Assembly: GCA_963772725.1 (NCBI GenBank)
Contig: CAVYYI010000005.1
Location: 212,244-276,243, forward strand
Direction: 5' to 3'
DNA length: 64,000 bases
From: an uncultured Phycisphaerales bacterium
GTDB taxonomy: Bacteria; Planctomycetota; Phycisphaerae; Sedimentisphaerales; Anaerobacaceae
The number at the start of each line of letters is the position of its first letter. Positions within the stretch are counted from its first letter, which is position 1. The notes under the pieces were generated by a model that saw nothing but the letters and a program-made list of their open reading frames with translations, was not told where the DNA came from and did no database searches. Position numbers and translations under genes: made by a program. Shown piece by piece: positions 61,130-64,000 of the stretch.

Positions 61130-62290
61130 ATGTTAGAATCAAAACCTAAAAGAAAAACACGTTCAGATAAATTCCCGCTTACTTTACATAAAACAGGCCA
61201 ATTTTGCAAGAAAATTAGAGGCAGGTTGTACTACTTTGGTAAGTATAAGCAAAAAGCATTGGAACTCTATCTTGAGCAAACTTCTTATTTGCATCTCGAC
61301 AAAACAAATGGAGTGAAAAACAAGGGTAAAGATATATCTTTAAAAACATTGAGCAATCTCTATTTAGATTACCAACATCATCAAGCCCAAAGTGGAGAGA
61401 TAACTTGGCGACATGTTTACGACCAGACCGCACTTTTACGGAGTTTTGCCAGATATATTGGTTCTAACCGGATGGTGCCAGATATAACAACATCAGATCT
61501 ACAAAACTATTATAAAAAACTTGTCATCTCAGGTAAAGCTGCCAGAACCATCAATAATCGTATGACAGCTGTAAAGAGTATGTTCAACTGGGCAGTAAAC
61601 AATGAGGTTATTGAAAAAATTCCGAACCTAAAGGTCATTAAAAAGCTTACCCCCTCAAAAGCCGAGAAGCCAATATTTAATATCCAGCAGATTCAAAAAA
61701 TGCTCGAACATGCAAGTCCGCAGATGAAAGCTATGATATTATTGGGATTGAATTGTGGATTTGGCTGTACTGATTGTGCTGAGTTGCAGTGGAGCCATAT
61801 CCATTTTGAAAATTCAAGGATTATTTTCCCAAGAGGAAAAACAGGCATACTGCGTAATCTTAGCCTTTGGCCTGAAACTATAGCATTATTAAATGCGATA
61901 CCTAATAAAGGGGAACATGTGTTCTACACGACTAAGGGTAATCTGCGGGTACGAATCATAAAAAGCACCGGCAAAGATGGCAGGGAAAAATTCACAAGTG
62001 AGGATACTATCAGCAAAGATTTCGCTAAACTCCTTAAAAAAGCCGGTATCAAAACTGAAAAAGGCGTTGGTTTTTATACATTGAGAAGAACAGCGGCGAC
62101 GCTGGCGGCACACTCTGGGGATCCGTTTGCAGTTCAAAGATTATTGGGCCACGCTGATTTAAAAATGGCCTCTGTTTATGTCCAGGATGTTTCTGAGCAG
62201 ACAGACAGAGTTGTAAATAATGTCAGGAATCTTATAATCCAAGATGGTTCTTTACCTTCGGCCAGTTCCGGTGAGAATGTGAACGAATAG
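61130..62290 (+). CDS. Tyrosine-type site-specific integrase
   Basis: It has an N-terminal SAM-like domain. The catalytic domain has R (FPRGKTG), YTLRRTAAT and LLGHADLKMASVYV (H-x-x-R ... H ... Y). Confidence 0.88.
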   Translation: MLESKPKRKTRSDKFPLTLHKTGQFCKKIRGRLYYFGKYKQKALELYLEQTSYLHLDKTNGVKNKGKDISLKTLSNLYLDYQHHQAQSGEITWRHVYDQTALLRSFARYIGSNRMVPDITTSDLQNYYKKLVISGKAARTINNRMTAVKSMFNWAVNNEVIEKIPNLKVIKKLTPSKAEKPIFNIQQIQKMLEHASPQMKAMILLGLNCGFGCTDCAELQWSHIHFENSRIIFPRGKTGILRNLSLWPETIALLNAIPNKGEHVFYTTKGNLRVRIIKSTGKDGREKFTSEDTISKDFAKLLKKAGIKTEKGVGFYTLRRTAATLAAHSGDPFAVQRLLGHADLKMASVYVQDVSEQTDRVVNNVRNLIIQDGSLPSASSGENVNE

Positions 62291-62651
62291 GTTCTTTGGA
62301 CAGAGGTTTTACTTCTTTAGCCTCGATGAACTTCTGAAGACTTTGTCTTTTTATACGGTAATGCCCTTTTTTGGCAAATTTACCTTTGTTTTCAACAACA
62401 TTAATAGCCTCAATTTCGCCGTTACGAATAAGGCGATATATAACGGTTTTTGAAATCTTGAGCTCTGTTGCAATATCGTCAACAGTCAGCCAATCGGATT
62501 GGGTTTTGCGAACATTTTGGAGCATCTCAAAGAATTTCTCCATGTGGTTGAGCAAATCCCGGCATACAGCACAACTTTCGTTGTCTGATGTACTACGAAT
62601 ATCCGAATTTTCTGATTCTTGACGTATCACAACAGAGCCCAAATTAATCAA
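62232..62651 (-). CDS. Excisionase-family helix-turn-helix DNA-binding protein
   Basis: It contains WLTVDDIATELKISKTVIYRLIRNGEIEAI, an HTH_17/Xis-type motif. It is convergent with the integrase 3' end and overlaps it by 59 nt. Confidence 0.65.
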   Translation of the reverse strand: MINLGSVVIRQESENSDIRSTSDNESCAVCRDLLNHMEKFFEMLQNVRKTQSDWLTVDDIATELKISKTVIYRLIRNGEIEAINVVENKGKFAKKGHYRIKRQSLQKFIEAKEVKPLSKEPIRSHSHRNWPKVKNHLGL

Positions 62652-62778
62652 TATTTAGTCGTCCCTGAAAAATAATTTAACTTTTTTGTATATAAAGGCT
62701 TGCAATTTAAAAATCTGGCGCTAAATTGCAGGGAAATGATATTTATTATTAATTTCCTTGCAAAACATGGAGGTTTTT

Positions 62779-64000
62779 ATGCAGCCTAAACAACAAAGCA
62801 ATTCCCAGTCAATGTTATTCACCTCGAAGCTGGAGCAGATACTAAACGAGCAGCATCCTTTATATAAACTGGCAAATATCATCATCTGGTCAGAGTTTGA
62901 TGCCGCCTTCGGTAAACTCTATGATCCGGGCTTCGGCAGACCAGCCAAACCCACCCGCCTTATGGCAGGACTTCATTATCTCAAAAGCGCATATAATCTC
63001 AGCGATGAGTCTGTAGTTGAGAGATGGATAGAGAATCCTTACTGGCAGTATTTTTGCGGAGAGCAATATTTTCAGCATGAATTTCCGATTGACCCAACCA
63101 GTATGACCAAATGGCGTAACCGGATTAAGGACGCTGGTATGGAAAAGCTGCTTGAGCAGACCATAAGCGCAGGCCTTAAAACCGGCACAGTTAAACCGCA
63201 TCAGTTAAAAAAGATAGTAGTCGATACAACGGTGCAGGAAAAGGCGACAGCCTTTCCGACCGATGCACGTCTTTATCATAAGATGAGAATAAAGCTTGTT
63301 AAAAAGGCACAGGATAATGACATAGAACTTAGGCAGAGTTATCAGAGGGTAGCCAAAAGGGCTTTTGTTATGCAGCACAGATTTTCACACGCCAGGCAGT
63401 TCAAAAAAGCGGATAAGCAATTAAGGAAACTAAAGACCTGTCTGGGAAGAGTTACAAGGGATATAGAGCGTAAGATATTGCAGAAGCCTCAATTGCAGCA
63501 GGAGTTTTCAGAATTGCTCGATATGTCCAGGATGTTATTATCACAGAAACGGGACAGCAGTAACAAGCTATACAGTATTCACGCGCCGGAGGTTAACTGC
63601 ATAAGCAAGGGCAAGGCACACAAGAAGTATGAGTTTGGCTGTAAGGTGGCACTGGCGTCTCCCGCTCAAAACGCCTTTGTAGTCGCAGCGGTTGCTTTTG
63701 AAGGGAATCCATATGATGGACATACGTTAAAAGATACACTCTCCCAGACGATGAAACTGCTGGATAAAAAAGGTTTTGAAGATGTTTATGTTGATGACGG
63801 GTACAAAGGTCATGGCTGTGGAGATATTGCGGAGGTTCATATCGTCAAAAGGGGCTGGCGAAAGCTGCCGAGAAGTATTCGAAAGTGGTACAGCAGGCGA
63901 AGTATGATTGAGCCTGTGATAGGACATTGTAAATCTGATAACGGTCTGGACAGAAACTACCTCAAGGGCGTCGAAGGCGATAAGGTTAATGCGATATTGA
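62779..64000 (+). CDS. IS5-family DDE transposase (3' end outside window)
   Basis: The frame is open from ATG 62779 to the window edge (407 codons) and is absent from the ORF track because it has no stop. It has the N-terminal InsH-type domain (RLMAGLHYLKSAYNLSDESVVERWIENPYWQYFCG) and a DDE triad in VVDTT, YVDDGYKG and MIEPVIGHCK. A possible left end GGCTTGCAATTTAAAAATC is at 62697. Confidence 0.85.
   Translation, partial: MQPKQQSNSQSMLFTSKLEQILNEQHPLYKLANIIIWSEFDAAFGKLYDPGFGRPAKPTRLMAGLHYLKSAYNLSDESVVERWIENPYWQYFCGEQYFQHEFPIDPTSMTKWRNRIKDAGMEKLLEQTISAGLKTGTVKPHQLKKIVVDTTVQEKATAFPTDARLYHKMRIKLVKKAQDNDIELRQSYQRVAKRAFVMQHRFSHARQFKKADKQLRKLKTCLGRVTRDIERKILQKPQLQQEFSELLDMSRMLLSQKRDSSNKLYSIHAPEVNCISKGKAHKKYEFGCKVALASPAQNAFVVAAVAFEGNPYDGHTLKDTLSQTMKLLDKKGFEDVYVDDGYKGHGCGDIAEVHIVKRGWRKLPRSIRKWYSRRSMIEPVIGHCKSDNGLDRNYLKGVEGDKVNAIL

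Larger units (their letters stand above)
60995..64000. mobile_element. AT-rich integrative-element segment (integrase, excisionase-like HTH, IS5-family insertion) that continues beyond the window
   Basis: GC content drops abruptly immediately after the tRNA-Arg gene. A tyrosine recombinase, an Xis-type HTH gene and a transposase follow. The right boundary is not in the window. Confidence 0.55.

Overview
This is a 64-kb chromosomal segment. By eye it is roughly 45-50% GC, with lower-GC stretches at about 20.4-24.3 kb and 61.0-62.8 kb. It most resembles a PVC-superphylum bacterium, probably Planctomycetota/Phycisphaerae-like. The basis is a DUF1559 prepilin-type protein, GH2/GH29/FAD-oxidoreductase glycan genes, an ECF sigma factor and many TPR or signal-peptide hypotheticals. 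I can support about 60 protein genes and 3 tRNAs (Thr-CGT, Arg-CCT, Arg-TCT). I found no rRNA and no CRISPR array. Gene order from left to right: an MlaC-like / MMPL (HpnN-like) / MlaA-like lipid-trafficking operon; pyrR-pyrB-pyrC; a TPR protein; ribH-nusB-parA-like; an envelope block (esterase, LtaS-like, parvulin PPIase, FtsW/RodA); a complete dTDP-rhamnose pathway followed by a glycosyltransferase/methyltransferase cassette; small translation-quality-control genes (GGQ protein, YbaK); PEBP; LarE; tRNA-Thr; an EF-G paralogue; ECF sigma plus a membrane partner; tRNA-Arg; an alanine:cation symporter; mfd; a LOG-family protein; aconitase; a UDP-sugar pyrophosphorylase; a glycan-utilisation block (GH2, GH29, FAD oxidoreductase, AraC, GH29 remnant); dxs-nadK; a DinG-like helicase; and tRNA-Arg followed by an AT-rich integrase/excisionase/IS5 segment that runs off the window. 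The main caveat is that reading frames are broken far more often than normal. There are about 25 frame switches in the first 5.7 kb (17 in one transporter gene) and about 13 isolated ones elsewhere, several of them in short homopolymers. This looks like indel error in a long-read consensus rather than real gene decay, so pseudogene labels here are provisional. I did not recognise a complete new multi-gene system such as a defence island. The observations most worth a second look are: (1) an in-frame TGA followed by a hairpin that joins two ORFs (33849-35195); (2) a palindromic array of GTCCTAA repeats around an AT-rich core between tRNA-Thr and the EF-G paralogue; (3) a duplicated promoter module upstream of two neighbouring genes; (4) families of short intergenic repeats and hairpins; (5) decay of the glycan locus; and (6) the integrative element lying on the unusual (5') side of tRNA-Arg.
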